The notes under the pieces were generated by a model. That model was not told where the DNA came from. It made no database searches and saw only the letters and a list, made by a program, of their open reading frames with translations. Position numbers and translations under genes: made by a program. This document shows, in pieces, positions 52,189 to 63,171 of a stretch of DNA of 64,000 bases. The first letter of the stretch is position 1. Every line of letters begins with the position of its first letter. The stretch is from an uncultured Verrucomicrobiae bacterium (GTDB lineage: Bacteria > Verrucomicrobiota > Verrucomicrobiia > Chthoniobacterales > UBA10450): the NCBI GenBank assembly GCA_963726745.1, contig CAVSDR010000003.1, positions 992,001 to 1,056,000 on the forward strand, written 5' to 3'.

Positions 52189-52920
52189 ATGGCAAACCGA
52201 TTCGCAGCTCTGGCCGACAATAAAGCGCTCAACCAAATCGGCGAGGCGCTCCAGGTAAACGTCTCCGATGGCGAGCGCATCGGCTCGATCGCCGCCGGCG
52301 CGGCGCTGGTGGTGCTGGGATTGTCGCGGAAGTCGATCGGCGGCTGGCTCCTGGCCCTGGCGGGCGGCGCGCTGGTCGCACGCGGCGCCACCGGACATTG
52401 CCTGGCCTACGAAAATCTCGGGATCAACTCCGGGAACCTGAACCGCGAAACCGGCGTGCCCGGAGATCGTGGGATCAATGTCGAGCGCTCGATCACGGTG
52501 GCGCGGCCCCCGGCGGAGGCGTTCCGTTTTTGGCGGCAACTTGAGAACCTGCCACAGATCTTTGAGCATGTGGAATCGGTCCGCGAGCTCGATACCAAGC
52601 GCTCCATCTGGGTGGTTAAAGGTCCGCTCGGTCACGACGTGGAATGGACCGCGGAGATCATCAACGAGCGCAACGGCGAGATGTTGTCGTGGGAATCGCT
52701 GCCCGGCGCGGAAGTGCAAAATGCCGGCTCGGTTTGGTTCGAACCAGCCGCGGGTGGCGGCACCCGGGTGAAGGTCTCGCTGCAGTATCTCCCGCCGGCC
52801 GGCGCAGTCGGCGCGGCGCTGGCGCGCTGGTTCGGCGAAGCGCCCGAGGTGCAGCTCGCGGAAGATCTCGCGCGCTTCAAGCAGGCGCTGGAGAGCCGGC
52901 CGCTCGCGACCGCGCGCTGA
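52189..52920 (+). CDS. DUF2892 + SRPBCC (cyclase/dehydrase) protein
   Basis: NVSDGER, GATGHC..Y, FWRQLENLP, WTAEI, SWESL, DLARFKQ. Confidence 0.85.
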   Translation: MANRFAALADNKALNQIGEALQVNVSDGERIGSIAAGAALVVLGLSRKSIGGWLLALAGGALVARGATGHCLAYENLGINSGNLNRETGVPGDRGINVERSITVARPPAEAFRFWRQLENLPQIFEHVESVRELDTKRSIWVVKGPLGHDVEWTAEIINERNGEMLSWESLPGAEVQNAGSVWFEPAAGGGTRVKVSLQYLPPAGAVGAALARWFGEAPEVQLAEDLARFKQALESRPLATAR

Positions 52921-52946
52921 AGTCGTCGCCTAACGAGCGGTGTGGC

Positions 52947-55464
52947 TCACGGCACGGTGTAAAATTCCACCTGGCCAACGCCGCTGCTGCGATCGCGGCC
53001 CCGCACGATGGCGGTGTAATTGCCTTTCGTCAGCGTCGCGAGCAGGGCGGACTCGCGCGAGTTTTCCGGCGCCAGACCGGTAGCGGTGATCTCCGCCGCC
53101 TGGGTCGCGTTCCAATCGTCGTTCGTGGCCAGGATCGCGCCGTTGTGATCAAAGAGGAGCAGCTCCGGATTAGCCAGCGCGCCCTCGACCCCACGCGCGG
53201 TGAGCGAAGGACCCAGCCCGCGCACGAGCACCCGCACGCTGCCGGCGCCATCGGTGCCGCTCCCGTTGCCCACGATCAAGCCGCCAATGAGGACGTTCTC
53301 ATCCACCCCGACGAGGCCGCGGCTGCTGACGTTGGCCAGTTGCGAAACACTCCCGGGCGCGAGGTCGTAGACTTCGACCAAGGCTACGCCGGTGGAGTGG
53401 TCGCGCCCGCGGACGATGGCGGTGTAGGCGCCGGGGCTGAGCGTCTGCACGATGGCAGATTCGCGGTCGTCTTCCGGTGGCAGGCCGGTGGACTCGATGG
53501 CGGCAGCGTCGGCCTCGCGCCAGTCGTCATTCGTTAGGCTGGGGCCGTTTTGCGGGACGAGCTGGAGGGTGGGATCGGCCAGGGCGCCGGCGATCCCGTG
53601 CCGCGCGAGCGAGGGACCAAGGGCGCGCAGCAGGACGCGTTTCGGCTCGCTCCCGGTGATGATGAAGCCGCCGATGAGAGCATTGGCATCGCCCATGCCG
53701 ACACGCGCACGGGTGGAAAGGTTGAGTTGCCGGCCGGTGCGGAAGACGGAGGCGGGATCGTTTGGATCGGTGCTCGGCGAGGAACTCCGCGCCGTTGTCT
53801 TCGCCATCGCCATCGGCGTCGCCCGCAGGGCCGCCAGTGAGGTTGCTGTCTATTTGGCCTAACGAGAGGCGGGCGGCCTGCCAGCTGAGAAAGCTCAATG
53901 CCGGCGCCAGGCCCACGCGGGTGACGAAGGGATCGGGATCGCCCGTGCGCGTATCCACCCAGACCGGCACCGCCGGGACGTCCGGCGTGGTGCTTTCCGC
54001 AAGGCCGAGATAATCGCCGAGCATGTAGCCGCTGCTCGTGCGCGGGGCGAGCGCAGCCTCGGTGGAGACGGAAGTGAGGCGAAGATTCGGCTGCCAGGTG
54101 GCGCCGCCGTCGAAGGACTGCGCGAGGTAGAGATCGACCAGCGTGGCAGAGCCGGGATTGTCGCGATGATCGTAAAAGGCGACCGTGATCCGCTGGCCGT
54201 CGGGCGACGCCGCGATCGCGGGATTAAACACGCCGGAGCCGGCGGGATTATCGCTGATCGCAACCGGCGCGCGCCAGGTCGAGCCGCTGTCGGAGGATTT
54301 CGTGAAGAGAATGCGCGGCGCCCCGCCGAGGCGTCCCTGGCACGCGACATAGAGATTGCCGACGTGATCCGCCGTGGCCGATGGGAGGAAACCGCCGCTG
54401 CGGATCTGGCTCTCGGAATAGAGGGCCACGTTGGCGATTTTGCGCGAAGCGCCAAAGCTCGTGCCGCCGTCATTCGAAACCGCGACCGCGAGAAAGTCGT
54501 CCGCGGAGGAGGCAGTGCGATTAAAGTTCCAGTAGACGAGCGCGAGTTTGCCATCCGCGAGGAAGACCGGCTGCGCGCCCTGCGTGTCCTGATTGGCGGA
54601 ATCGATCAGCGCGATCGGGCTCCAGGTCAGTCCGCCGTCATCGCTGAAGGAGCGGACGATCGGGCCGCCGTTGGTGTTTGTGGGGCCGAAGAGGGTGAAG
54701 GCCACGAGGATGCGGCCGGCGGTAGCGGTGCCGGGGAAAGGATTTAGCGCCATCCAATTTTTGTCCGGGAAAATCGTGTCGTTAGGCGATTGGTAGACCA
54801 CGACGGGCGCGGCGAAGGTTTGCCCGCCATCGGTCGAACGGCTCACGAGCACTGCGCTGGTGGTGAACTGTGGATTGAGCGCGGCGATGGTATTGAGATA
54901 GGCCGCACCGTCGAGTCCAACGCCGGCCACGGGATCGCTCGCCCGCGGATACGGGCCGCCGCTTGCACTCGTTAGGCCAGGGATGAGCGCGCGCGTCCAG
55001 GTCAGGCCGCCGTCGCGGCTCACCCCGTAGCCGCAGTCGACCGCGCCGCCGTCGGTGAAACGGCCTTCCTGGAAAGTGGCGAGGAGAAAGTCGGGATCGC
55101 CCGGGGAGCGGGCGACATGCGGCTCGGCCTGCGCGCGCAAATTAGACGGCAAGCTGGCGGGATCATCGCCCAGGCGAATGCCGGCGCGCACCCGGCGATC
55201 GAGCGCAGTTTCGACGGCGGCGCTCTGCGCCGGGACGCGGCGAGTGTCGCGGGGCGCGGGGCTTTCAACGAGATCGCCTCCGCGATCGAGCCGGAGCAAG
55301 GCGCCGGAAGAAAGATGCTCGAGCGGGACCTGCTGGAGGGCACGCGGCAGCCGCGCACGATCTGGGGCCGGCCAACCCGGCGGCGGGGGCGTTTCTGCCC
55401 TAACGAGTGGTGCGAGCAGCGCCAGAGTGACGACGAGACCAGAGAGCGCGCGCGGCAGTTTCAT
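52947..55464 (-). CDS. secreted BNR/Asp-box (sialidase-like) protein with C-terminal tandem NLSTR domain (frameshift ~53775)
   Basis: Repeated S.DGG.TW/F boxes, DKNW, GDY; then NLSTRARVG..LIGGFII..RALGPSL and NVSSRGLVG..RGLGPSL. Confidence 0.8.
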
Positions 55465-55561
55465 GGTGGCGAGGTCAAGCTTACATGATCCCGCGGCAGA
55501 AGCAGGCGGGTGAAGTTGCTGGCTAATTTGCGCCGGACTCCGAAGAGGCGAAGGTTCGCGC

Positions 55562-56327
55562 ATGGCTCCGGTGCGGCGCGCCCTTTTCATCCAGTTCGGC
55601 GGGCTGCTCGCAGCTGCGGTTCTGCTGTTGGTTTTGGCGCGCCTCTTTCCCTTGGCGGACTGGATTGCGCTCGTCCAAGAGCGGGTCATGGGCTGGGGCG
55701 TTTGGAGCGCAATTTGTTACCCGCTGCTCTACGCCGGTTGCAATGTGCTTCTCTTGCCGGGCGGTTTTCTTGAGCATCGGCGGTGGGTTTTTCTTCGGCC
55801 TCTGGTGGGGGTTTCTCATCATTCTGGTGGGCAACGTCGGCGGCGCGGCGATCTCGTTTTACATCAGCCGTTGGTTCGGGCGCCGCTGGCTGCGACGGAG
55901 ATTAGTGCGGCATCCGACCTTTGGCGCACTGCAACCAGCTCTCGAACGCGAAGGATGGAAGATCATCTTATTGAGTCAGTTACATCCGCTGTTTCCCACC
56001 AGCCTTTTGAATTATCTCTACGGTTTGACGACCATCCGCTTTCGCACCTGTATCACTTGGGTGGCCGTGGGTCAGGCGCCGGGACTGTTTTTGTATGCCT
56101 ATATCGGGACGCTGGGGCAGCTCGGCCTGCGGCTGGCGCGGGGACAAACACATCCGCGCCTCGTGGAATATCTCGTCTGGGGCGGCGGCCTGGCCTTGAG
56201 CGCGATCATCCTTTTCTTCCTTGGGCGCATCGCACTGCGGCTGATGAAAGAGGCGGAGTTAGCTGCTGCGCAAGCGGAACCGGCGCGGGTGAATCCGGCG
56301 GCAAATTTAACGAGCGTTGAGATCTAA
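55562..56327 (+). CDS. TVP38/TMEM64 (DedA/VTT) membrane protein (frameshift ~55765)
   Basis: LLLPGG, GGGFFFG, FYISRWFGR, HPLFPTSLLNYLYGLT. Confidence 0.8.
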
Positions 56328-56330
56328 TCC

Positions 56331-56721
56331 ATGACCGAACAACAGCTTACAGAATCGGCTTTGGCTGCGCGAAAAGCGGCCTATGCGCCGTATTCCCATT
56401 TTGCGGTGGGCGCAGCGTTGCTCTGCGATGATGGTTCCGTTTTCCAAGGATGCAACGTCGAGAATCTTTCGTTTGGATTGACGATGTGCGCCGAACGTGT
56501 CGCGATCGGCGCCGCCGTTGCAGCCGGCCGACGCAAGTATTCGCTTCTCGCCTTGGCTTCGGAATCTTCCGAGCCGGTAGTCCCTTGCGGCGCGTGTCGG
56601 CAAGTGCTGGCCGAGTTTTCGCCCAGTTTGCAGATTGTTAGCACAACGGTAGACGGCAAATTAGCCCACTATAGTCTTAAAGGAGCTTTTGCCGAGGCCG
56701 AGCCAAGGCATTCTTCGGTAG
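56331..56721 (+). CDS. cdd: cytidine deaminase (frameshift ~56680 near C-terminus)
   Basis: AYAPYSHFAVGAA, NVEN, CAER, PCGACRQ; shifted frame gives ELLP...GILR-stop. Confidence 0.9.
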
Positions 56722-56735
56722 TTCTACGTGGAACA
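56720..56735. promoter_or_regulatory. parS-like site
   Basis: AGTTCTACGTGGAACA, near match to TGTTYCACGTGRAACA, at the cdd-mnmG junction. Confidence 0.6.
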
Positions 56736-56736
56736 A

Positions 56737-58593
56737 ATGCCCGTGAAGTCATATGACGTCATTGTAGTAGGCAGCGGTCATGCCGGCATCGAAGCTGCGC
56801 TGGCCTCGGCCCGGATCGGTTGCGCCACCCTGCTGCTTACCCAAAATCTGGACACTATCGGCCAAATGTCCTGCAACCCAGCCATCGGCGGGTTGGCCAA
56901 GGGGCACATGGTCCGTGAGATCGATGCATTGGGCGGGTTCATGGGCGAAAACGCCGACGCTACCGGCATTCAGTTTCGCCTGCTCAACCGCACCAAGGGG
57001 CCGAGCGTCCGGGCGCCGCGGGCGCAATGCGACAAAAAAGCTTACCAATTTCGGGCCAAGGCGGTCTTGGAACGGACGGAACATCTCGACGTTAAACAGG
57101 CAACCGTCTCGAAAGTGCTGGTCGACGCGGATGGAGTAACGGGCGTCGAGACCGACTTCGGCGGGACGATTCCTGGCCGTGCGGTAATCATTACGTCAGG
57201 GACCTTCCTGCGCGGCTTGCTGCATGTGGGGGAGACGACCAAAGCCGGCGGCCGAATGGCGGACACCGCGTCAGGGCTTAGCGAGAACCTGCGTGGCATG
57301 GGGTTCGAGGTAGGGCGTTTCAAGACGGGAACGCCGTGTCGGCTAAATGGTCGGTCGATCGATTTCGCGAAGTGCGAGATTCAACATGGCGACGAGCCGG
57401 CGCCGTTTTTCAGTTTTATTCGAGACGCGGGGAAGAAGACAGTAGCCGACATTTTCACGCTGAATCGTCCGCCGTTCCACGTGGAACAAGCCAACTGCTG
57501 GATCACCTACACCAACGCCCGGACTCACGAAATCATCCGGGCCAATCTTCATCGGTCGCCCCTTTATTCCGGGCGGATTGAGGGAACGGGGCCGCGTTAT
57601 TGTCCATCGATCGAGGACAAGGTGGTGAAGTTTTCCGAAAAACCGGCGCATCAGCTTTTTCTTGAGCCCGAGGGGTTGCATACGAACGAGTTTTACGTCA
57701 ACGGCATTTCCACCAGCCTGCCGGTCGACGTGCAGGAAGCGTTTCTCCGCACTATCCCAGGCTTGGAAAATGCAGAGATGATCCGCCCTGGTTATGCCGT
57801 CGAATATGACTATTTCCCCCCGACCCAGCTGCGCCATACCCTGGAGACGAAATTGGTTTCGGGCCTTTACTTTGCCGGACAAATCAACGGCACCTCAGGT
57901 TACGAAGAGGCGGCGGCGCAAGGTTTGATAGCTGGCGCAAACGCAGCGCTAAAGGTCCGAGGAGGCCAACCATTTCTGGTCGATCGCACCGAAGCCTACA
58001 TCGGCGTTTTAATCGACGACCTCGTCTCCAAGGGGACGGATGAACCGTATCGGATGTTCACGAGTCGTGCGGAAAACCGCTTGGGTCTTCGGCATGACAC
58101 CGCGGATGAACGTCTGACCGCGAGGGCTCGAGCATTCGGGTTGATCCCCGATGCGCGCTGGGAACAACATCAAAGCAAAATGGATGCGCTGGAAAAGATC
58201 CGGCGAGCAGCGCGAACTGAGCGTATCGATGGGCGCCTCGTTTTCGATCTCCTGCGTCGCCCGGACTTTTCCGTCGCCGACCTCCCTGCAGGGATGGCTC
58301 TCCTCGCGCCGACGGCGCTCTGGGAGCTGATCGAGGTGGAGGCGAAATACGAGGGCTACATCCGACGGCAGGAAGCGCAGAATCTACAAGTCGCCGGAAG
58401 ATATTCCCAAGTTATCCCGAACGCCGTTGACTTCAGCGCGCTGTCTGGGTTACGGCCTGAGACCCGGCAGAAATTGGATCGCCACCGGCCGGCTACCTTA
58501 GGCGATGCGAGCAGAATTAGCGGAATTACACCGGCGGATCTCGCCATGCTGTCGCTCTTCCTGAAAGCGAAGGCAAAAGTTACTACGCTATGA
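56737..58593 (+). CDS. mnmG: tRNA uridine 5-carboxymethylaminomethyl modification enzyme
   Basis: [60 protein letters not shown]. Confidence 0.97.
   Translation: MPVKSYDVIVVGSGHAGIEAALASARIGCATLLLTQNLDTIGQMSCNPAIGGLAKGHMVREIDALGGFMGENADATGIQFRLLNRTKGPSVRAPRAQCDKKAYQFRAKAVLERTEHLDVKQATVSKVLVDADGVTGVETDFGGTIPGRAVIITSGTFLRGLLHVGETTKAGGRMADTASGLSENLRGMGFEVGRFKTGTPCRLNGRSIDFAKCEIQHGDEPAPFFSFIRDAGKKTVADIFTLNRPPFHVEQANCWITYTNARTHEIIRANLHRSPLYSGRIEGTGPRYCPSIEDKVVKFSEKPAHQLFLEPEGLHTNEFYVNGISTSLPVDVQEAFLRTIPGLENAEMIRPGYAVEYDYFPPTQLRHTLETKLVSGLYFAGQINGTSGYEEAAAQGLIAGANAALKVRGGQPFLVDRTEAYIGVLIDDLVSKGTDEPYRMFTSRAENRLGLRHDTADERLTARARAFGLIPDARWEQHQSKMDALEKIRRAARTERIDGRLVFDLLRRPDFSVADLPAGMALLAPTALWELIEVEAKYEGYIRRQEAQNLQVAGRYSQVIPNAVDFSALSGLRPETRQKLDRHRPATLGDASRISGITPADLAMLSLFLKAKAKVTTL
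57473..57488. promoter_or_regulatory. parS site within mnmG
   Basis: CGTTCCACGTGGAACA with perfect 14-bp palindrome GTTCCACGTGGAAC, encoding FHVEQ. Confidence 0.8.
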
Positions 58594-58612
58594 TGCCGTG
58601 TAGTTTACCGGT

Positions 58613-59242
58613 ATGATCTTGCTGGCTATTTCCGTCGTTCTTACGGCCTACCTGCTCGGTTCGATCCCGTGGGGTTTCCTTTTTGGTCGGTTTCGCGGAA
58701 TGGATATCCGCGAGCACGGGAGCGGCAACATTGGCGCGACCAATGCCCTGCGTGTGCTGGGAAAACCGTGGGGCGTCGCCGTGTTTATTCTCGATGCCTT
58801 GAAAGGCCTCCTCGCAGTGCGCCTGGCCATTTGGCTGGCGCAGTCGACGCCGGGGGCCGCGCCGTACACCGAACTCATGGCGATTGTGGCTGCAGCCGCG
58901 TGCGTGGTCGGGCACTCGTTTCCGGTTTGGCTGCGCTTTCGGGGCGGGAAAGGGGTGGCAACTTCGGCGGGCGCCCTGGTCGGGGTAATCCCGCTGGCCG
59001 CGTTGGCAATTTTAGTGGTTTGGTTGCTGACTTTTCAAATCACGCGCTTCGTGTCGCTCGCCTCCATTTGCGCCGCCCTCAGTCTTCCGCTGGCCGTGCT
59101 CGCCCTGGTCCTGGCACACCAAACGCGCGGCTGGGTCTTGCTTTACTTCTCGGTCGCAATGAGCGCGCTGGTCGTTTGGCGGCACCGGGGAAACATCAGC
59201 CGCCTGCTGGCTGGCACCGAACCGCGTTTCGCTCGCAAGTGA
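58613..59242 (+). CDS. plsY: glycerol-3-phosphate acyltransferase
   Basis: YLLGSIP, GSGNIGATN, GHSFP, GGKGVAT, RHRGNI. Confidence 0.95.
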   Translation: MILLAISVVLTAYLLGSIPWGFLFGRFRGMDIREHGSGNIGATNALRVLGKPWGVAVFILDALKGLLAVRLAIWLAQSTPGAAPYTELMAIVAAAACVVGHSFPVWLRFRGGKGVATSAGALVGVIPLAALAILVVWLLTFQITRFVSLASICAALSLPLAVLALVLAHQTRGWVLLYFSVAMSALVVWRHRGNISRLLAGTEPRFARK

Positions 59243-60253
59243 TGGAACAAAGACGCATTGCCATTCTCGGAGCCGGTGGCTGGGGCCTGGCGCTGGCGGT
59301 CCTGTGGGCTCGCCGCGGCCAGGAAGAGATTACCCTGTGGGGCCATAACCCAGCGCACCTGGAGCGCATCGCGGCCGATCGCAAAAATCTCTCGCGCCTT
59401 CCTGGCGTGGAATTGCCCGCCAGCGTGCGCCTTTCGAGCGATCTAAGCGATTGCGGCCGCGCCGACCTGCTGGTGCTCGTGACCCCGTCGACTGCGGTGC
59501 GGGAAATAGCCGGCAACTTGAAAGCCGTCCTCTCCCCCGACTCGGTGCTCCTTAGCTGCACCAAGGGTATCGAGCACGGCACTGGCATGCGCATGAGCGA
59601 GATTCTCGAGGAACAACTCCCCGGCCACCCTGTCGCCGTTCTCTCCGGGCCGAATCTCGCCGTGGAAGTTTCGCGCGGGCTGCCCACCGCGACGGTGTTG
59701 GGCTGCCGCGAACGCGCGCGCGCGGAGGAATTGCAGCAACGCCTCGGCGGCTCGCACTTCCGGATCTACTCGAGCGACGAGACGGTCGGGATCGAATTAG
59801 GCGGCGCCTTGAAGAACGTCTTCGCGATCACCGCCGGCGCGAGCGACGGCCTGGGCTTGGGCGACAATGCGAAGTCCGCGCTGGTTACGCGCTGTCTCGC
59901 GGAACTCCTCCGGCTCGGCACCGCCATGGGCGGGAAGGCCGAGACCTTTTACGGCTTAAGCGGCGCGGGCGACCTCATTGCCACCTGTTTCAGCCAGCTC
60001 AGCCGCAATCGTCGCGTAGGGCGAGGAACTCGGGAAAGGGCGCACGCTTCGGGAAATAACCAGCGAGATGGGGACGATCGCGGAAGGCATTCCCACGACG
60101 AAGAGTGCCTACGAATGCGCCCGCCGGCTCGGCGTGGAAACGCCGATCATCGATCAAGCTTACGCCATGCTTTACCAGGGACGCCGGCCGCAGGAGGCGC
60201 TCCTGGAATTACTCCAGCGCGAGCAGAAATCCGAAAGCTTAACTCTTCGTTAG
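59242..60253 (+). CDS. gpsA: NAD(P)H-dependent glycerol-3-phosphate dehydrogenase (frameshift ~60022)
   Basis: GAGGWG, TKGIE, SGPNLA, GGALKNV, GDLIATC, SRN, AEG. Confidence 0.93.
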
Positions 60254-60256
60254 GCT

Positions 60257-60282
60257 CTCGTTAGGCGAGTTGGCCTAACGAG
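60257..60282. terminator. hairpin built from two inverted copies of the over-represented motif, between convergent gpsA and purN
   Basis: CTCGTTAGGC-gagttg-GCCTAACGAG: perfect 10-bp stem. Confidence 0.7.
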
Positions 60283-60858
60283 TCATTCGCAGAATTGACT
60301 GAGCGCCGCCGGGTAGAGCTCGCGCTCCGCCAGTTGGATGCGCCCGTGCAGACTCTCCGGCGTGTCGCCCGGGAGGATCGGCACCTCGCGTTGCGCGATG
60401 ATCTCGCCGGTGTCGACCCCTGCGTCGACGAAGTGCACCGTGCACCCGGTGATCGTCTCCCCGGCCGCGAGCGCCTGCTTCCAGGCCTCCAGCCCGGGGA
60501 ACTTTGGCAGCAGCGAGGGGTGGATGTTCAAAATCCGGTGCGGAAAAGCCGACAACATCGGCTCCTTGAGGACGCGCATCCAGCCCGCGAGCACGACCCA
60601 TTCGACAGTTGCTTCGCGCAGCATTTGCACCAGCGCCGCTTCCGCTTCCGGCTCCATTTTCGTGCGAAATTTCCCCGGCGGCAGATACGCGTGCGGCACG
60701 CCGAACTCGCGCGCAATCTCGAGAATGCCCGCGTCGAAATGGTCCGACACGATCACGCGCGCCTCCGCGCACAGGCGGCCCTCACGGATCTGCTCGAGGA
60801 TCGCGCGGCAGTTGCTGCCTTTCCCCGAGCCGAGAATGCCAAGACCGATCGCCGCCAT
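60283..60858 (-). CDS. purN: phosphoribosylglycinamide formyltransferase
   Basis: GSGKGSN, LAGWMR, NIHPSLLP, GCTVHFV, DTGEII. Confidence 0.95.
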   Translation of the reverse strand: MAAIGLGILGSGKGSNCRAILEQIREGRLCAEARVIVSDHFDAGILEIAREFGVPHAYLPPGKFRTKMEPEAEAALVQMLREATVEWVVLAGWMRVLKEPMLSAFPHRILNIHPSLLPKFPGLEAWKQALAAGETITGCTVHFVDAGVDTGEIIAQREVPILPGDTPESLHGRIQLAERELYPAALSQFCE

Positions 60859-60860
60859 TG

Positions 60861-61334
60861 TCAGTGCATGCGCTCGATCAGGCCGGAAGTCGAGTAGCCC
60901 TGCTCGAACGGCAGGATGCGAATCTCCGCCCCCGCCGCCTCCAGGACCGCGCGCTCCGCCGGGTCCAGACTGTCGACCTGGTAGTCGCCGCCCTTCACAT
61001 AGATGCCTGGCTGGACCCGCTCGAGAAAAGCGGTCGCGCGCACTTCCGGGAAGATGACCACAAAGTTCACGCAGGCCAGCGCCGCCAGCACCTCGGCGCG
61101 GTCGCGCTCGGGATTGAGCGGGCGCGCGTCGCCCTTGAGCGCGCGCACCGAAGCGTCGCCGTTTACCCCCACCGCGAGCGCGTCGCCCAGCGCGCGCGCC
61201 GCCTGCAGGTAACGCACGTGCCCCACGTGCAAGAGATCAAAGCAACCGTTCGTCACTACCAGCTTGCGGCCCTCCGCGCGCAGCGTCGACGAGAGGCCGG
61301 CCAACTCTTCCGCACTCACGATTTTACCTCTCAT
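60861..61334 (-). CDS. D-glycero-D-manno-heptose 1-phosphate adenylyltransferase (RfaE domain II-like)
   Basis: TNGCFDLLHVGH, VNGDASV..LKG, VKGGDY, STS. Confidence 0.88.
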   Translation of the reverse strand: MRGKIVSAEELAGLSSTLRAEGRKLVVTNGCFDLLHVGHVRYLQAARALGDALAVGVNGDASVRALKGDARPLNPERDRAEVLAALACVNFVVIFPEVRATAFLERVQPGIYVKGGDYQVDSLDPAERAVLEAAGAEIRILPFEQGYSTSGLIERMH

Positions 61335-62227
61335 GACTGGGGCGGCGGCACGAAGACCCGAAGCGCTCGCGGCATGATTTCGAAGACCGCCGGCTCGTTC
61401 CCCACAAGTTCGCCATCGACGTTGAACCACATGCCCGGCTGCGAATGGATCGCCACTCGCGCGGCACGGCGGAAGATCACGTTCTCGCTTTCCAGATGCG
61501 TGCCGAGGCCGATCGCCGCGATCACCAGCGCGATTGCGGTGGCCTGGTTTTCGGGAATCAAAACCACGTCCAACAAGCCGTCGTCTATTTTTGCTTCGGG
61601 CGCGATCTCCGTGCCGCCGGCAACGAAGCGGCCATTGGCGACGACCACGTTATAGAGATCGAAAATCTCCGGCGTGCCGCCATCGAGCGAGACCTCGGTG
61701 CGGTAGGCGCGCAGGTCCGGAAGCGCTTCCGCGGCGCAACGCAGATAGGCCAGCGGCCCCCAAGTCTGCTTGATTTCCGGGGTCATGATTTCGTTGACCG
61801 CGCCGCTGAAACCGCCCGCGGAGACGTTGATGAAATAGCGCACGGCGTCGCTGCGCACGCGCACCAGGTCGACCGGGCGCGTGTGGCCGGCGGCAATCAC
61901 TGCGAGGCATTCATCCACCGTGGCCGGCAGTCCCAAAGTGCGCGCAAAATCGTTCCCGGTCCCGAGCGGGAGCAGGCCTAACGAGACTTCGCCCGCGTGT
62001 TCCGCGAGGCCGTTGACCACCTCGTTCAGGGTGCCGTCGCCGCCGGCCGCCAGCACTTGCTCGCACCCGCGCTCCACCGCCGCGCGGGCCAGGCGCGTGG
62101 CGTCGCCTTCCTTCCCGGTGAAGTGCACCTCCGCCGCCGGCAGGTGTTGCAGCTTCGCGCGCAATCCCGCCTCGTCATCGACACTGCCGGCCCCGGGATT
62201 GCAGATGACGAACGTCTTTAACCTCAT
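61331..62227 (-). CDS. diacylglycerol/lipid kinase family (YegS-like)
   Basis: NPGAG, GGDGTLNEV, PLGTGNDFA, DDGLLD, NVDGE. Confidence 0.9.
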   Translation of the reverse strand: MRLKTFVICNPGAGSVDDEAGLRAKLQHLPAAEVHFTGKEGDATRLARAAVERGCEQVLAAGGDGTLNEVVNGLAEHAGEVSLGLLPLGTGNDFARTLGLPATVDECLAVIAAGHTRPVDLVRVRSDAVRYFINVSAGGFSGAVNEIMTPEIKQTWGPLAYLRCAAEALPDLRAYRTEVSLDGGTPEIFDLYNVVVANGRFVAGGTEIAPEAKIDDGLLDVVLIPENQATAIALVIAAIGLGTHLESENVIFRRAARVAIHSQPGMWFNVDGELVGNEPAVFEIMPRALRVFVPPPQS

Positions 62228-62352
62228 GCCGCGGCACGTTCGCTGCGCCGCGCGGAAACGGCAACGGGAATGCGGCCTCCCGGAGCCGGCCGGACAAGAG
62301 TCTTGTCGGCCCCGGCCGGTGGCCTTACCGTCCGCCTGCAAATTCCCACCCC

Positions 62353-63171
62353 ATGGACTTCGAACTCAACCCCACTCCTCAGCGCGCTCGTCGCCAGCCC
62401 CGCGCGGCTGCAGCCGAGGCCGCCTTCGAGATTTCGTCCCGCCCGCTGATCGGCGAGGCACCCGCCGCCGCGGTCGCACCCGCGCCTTCGGCCGCCGCGA
62501 TTCCGCCCACGCTCTGCCTGATGGCGCGCGATCCGCATACGCTCTTTGCCTATTGGGAGATCGACTGGACGGATGCGTTTCGCGACGGCAAGCCGGCCGA
62601 CCGCAAGGTGCATCTGCGTTTGCTCAACTCCGCCGACAAGGAGCAGACCGTGGAGGTGGAGCCGATGGCCGGAAGCGCCTACCTCCCAGTAGACGGTGCC
62701 GACGAAGAATACCGCGGCGAGATCGGTTTTTTCCGGCCGGCCGGGAAATGGAATGCGCTGGCTGTTTCCGCGAACATCGCCACGCCGCCCGACAGCCTGG
62801 TTGATTTCGACGAGACGGAATGGGCCACGGTGCCATTCCACCTCAGCTTCCAGCGCATGATCGACATGCTCCGGACCGCGCGCGCGCCGCTCACCGTGCA
62901 GCTCGCCGAGTTGCGCGAACGCTCCGCAGCCCCGGAAACGGAAGCCATGCTGAGCGCCCCGGAGCGCGAACTAAACCGCGCCGTGCGCGCGGTCGAAAGC
63001 CGTCCGCCCGCCGCTCCGGGCGCGGCCCGGCCTAACGAGTTGTCGAAAAAGCAAAAGCAGAAACGCCTCGAGCGCATCCTCGGCTTCGGTGGCGCCGGGT
63101 TGAGCCCGGCCGAAGGCTTCGGCGGCGCGAGCGAGAACGGTCTTGGCGGCAGCAGCCGCGGCGGGTCCTAG
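62353..63171 (+). CDS. DUF4912-domain protein
   Basis: LMARDPHTLFAYWEI ... Y..EIG ... SANIATP. Confidence 0.75.
   Translation: MDFELNPTPQRARRQPRAAAAEAAFEISSRPLIGEAPAAAVAPAPSAAAIPPTLCLMARDPHTLFAYWEIDWTDAFRDGKPADRKVHLRLLNSADKEQTVEVEPMAGSAYLPVDGADEEYRGEIGFFRPAGKWNALAVSANIATPPDSLVDFDETEWATVPFHLSFQRMIDMLRTARAPLTVQLAELRERSAAPETEAMLSAPERELNRAVRAVESRPPAAPGAARPNELSKKQKQKRLERILGFGGAGLSPAEGFGGASENGLGGSSRGGS

Noticed and set aside
1835..60253. Frameshifts in carB (2), thioesterase, lon (2), gre factor, amidinotransferase, polX, priA, kinase, Ig protein, cassette A, GT4, nei (compensated pair ~46310-46350), BNR protein, TVP38, cdd and gpsA read as pseudogenes or programmed frameshifts
   Set aside because: Scattered single-base indels hit important core genes, with no in-frame stop decay and no shared slippery motif. 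This is most consistent with read or assembly error; confirm by polishing.
60247..60282. CRISPR array based on the recurring motif
   Set aside because: Motif is only 9-10 bp, irregularly spaced and mostly intragenic; no cas genes in the window
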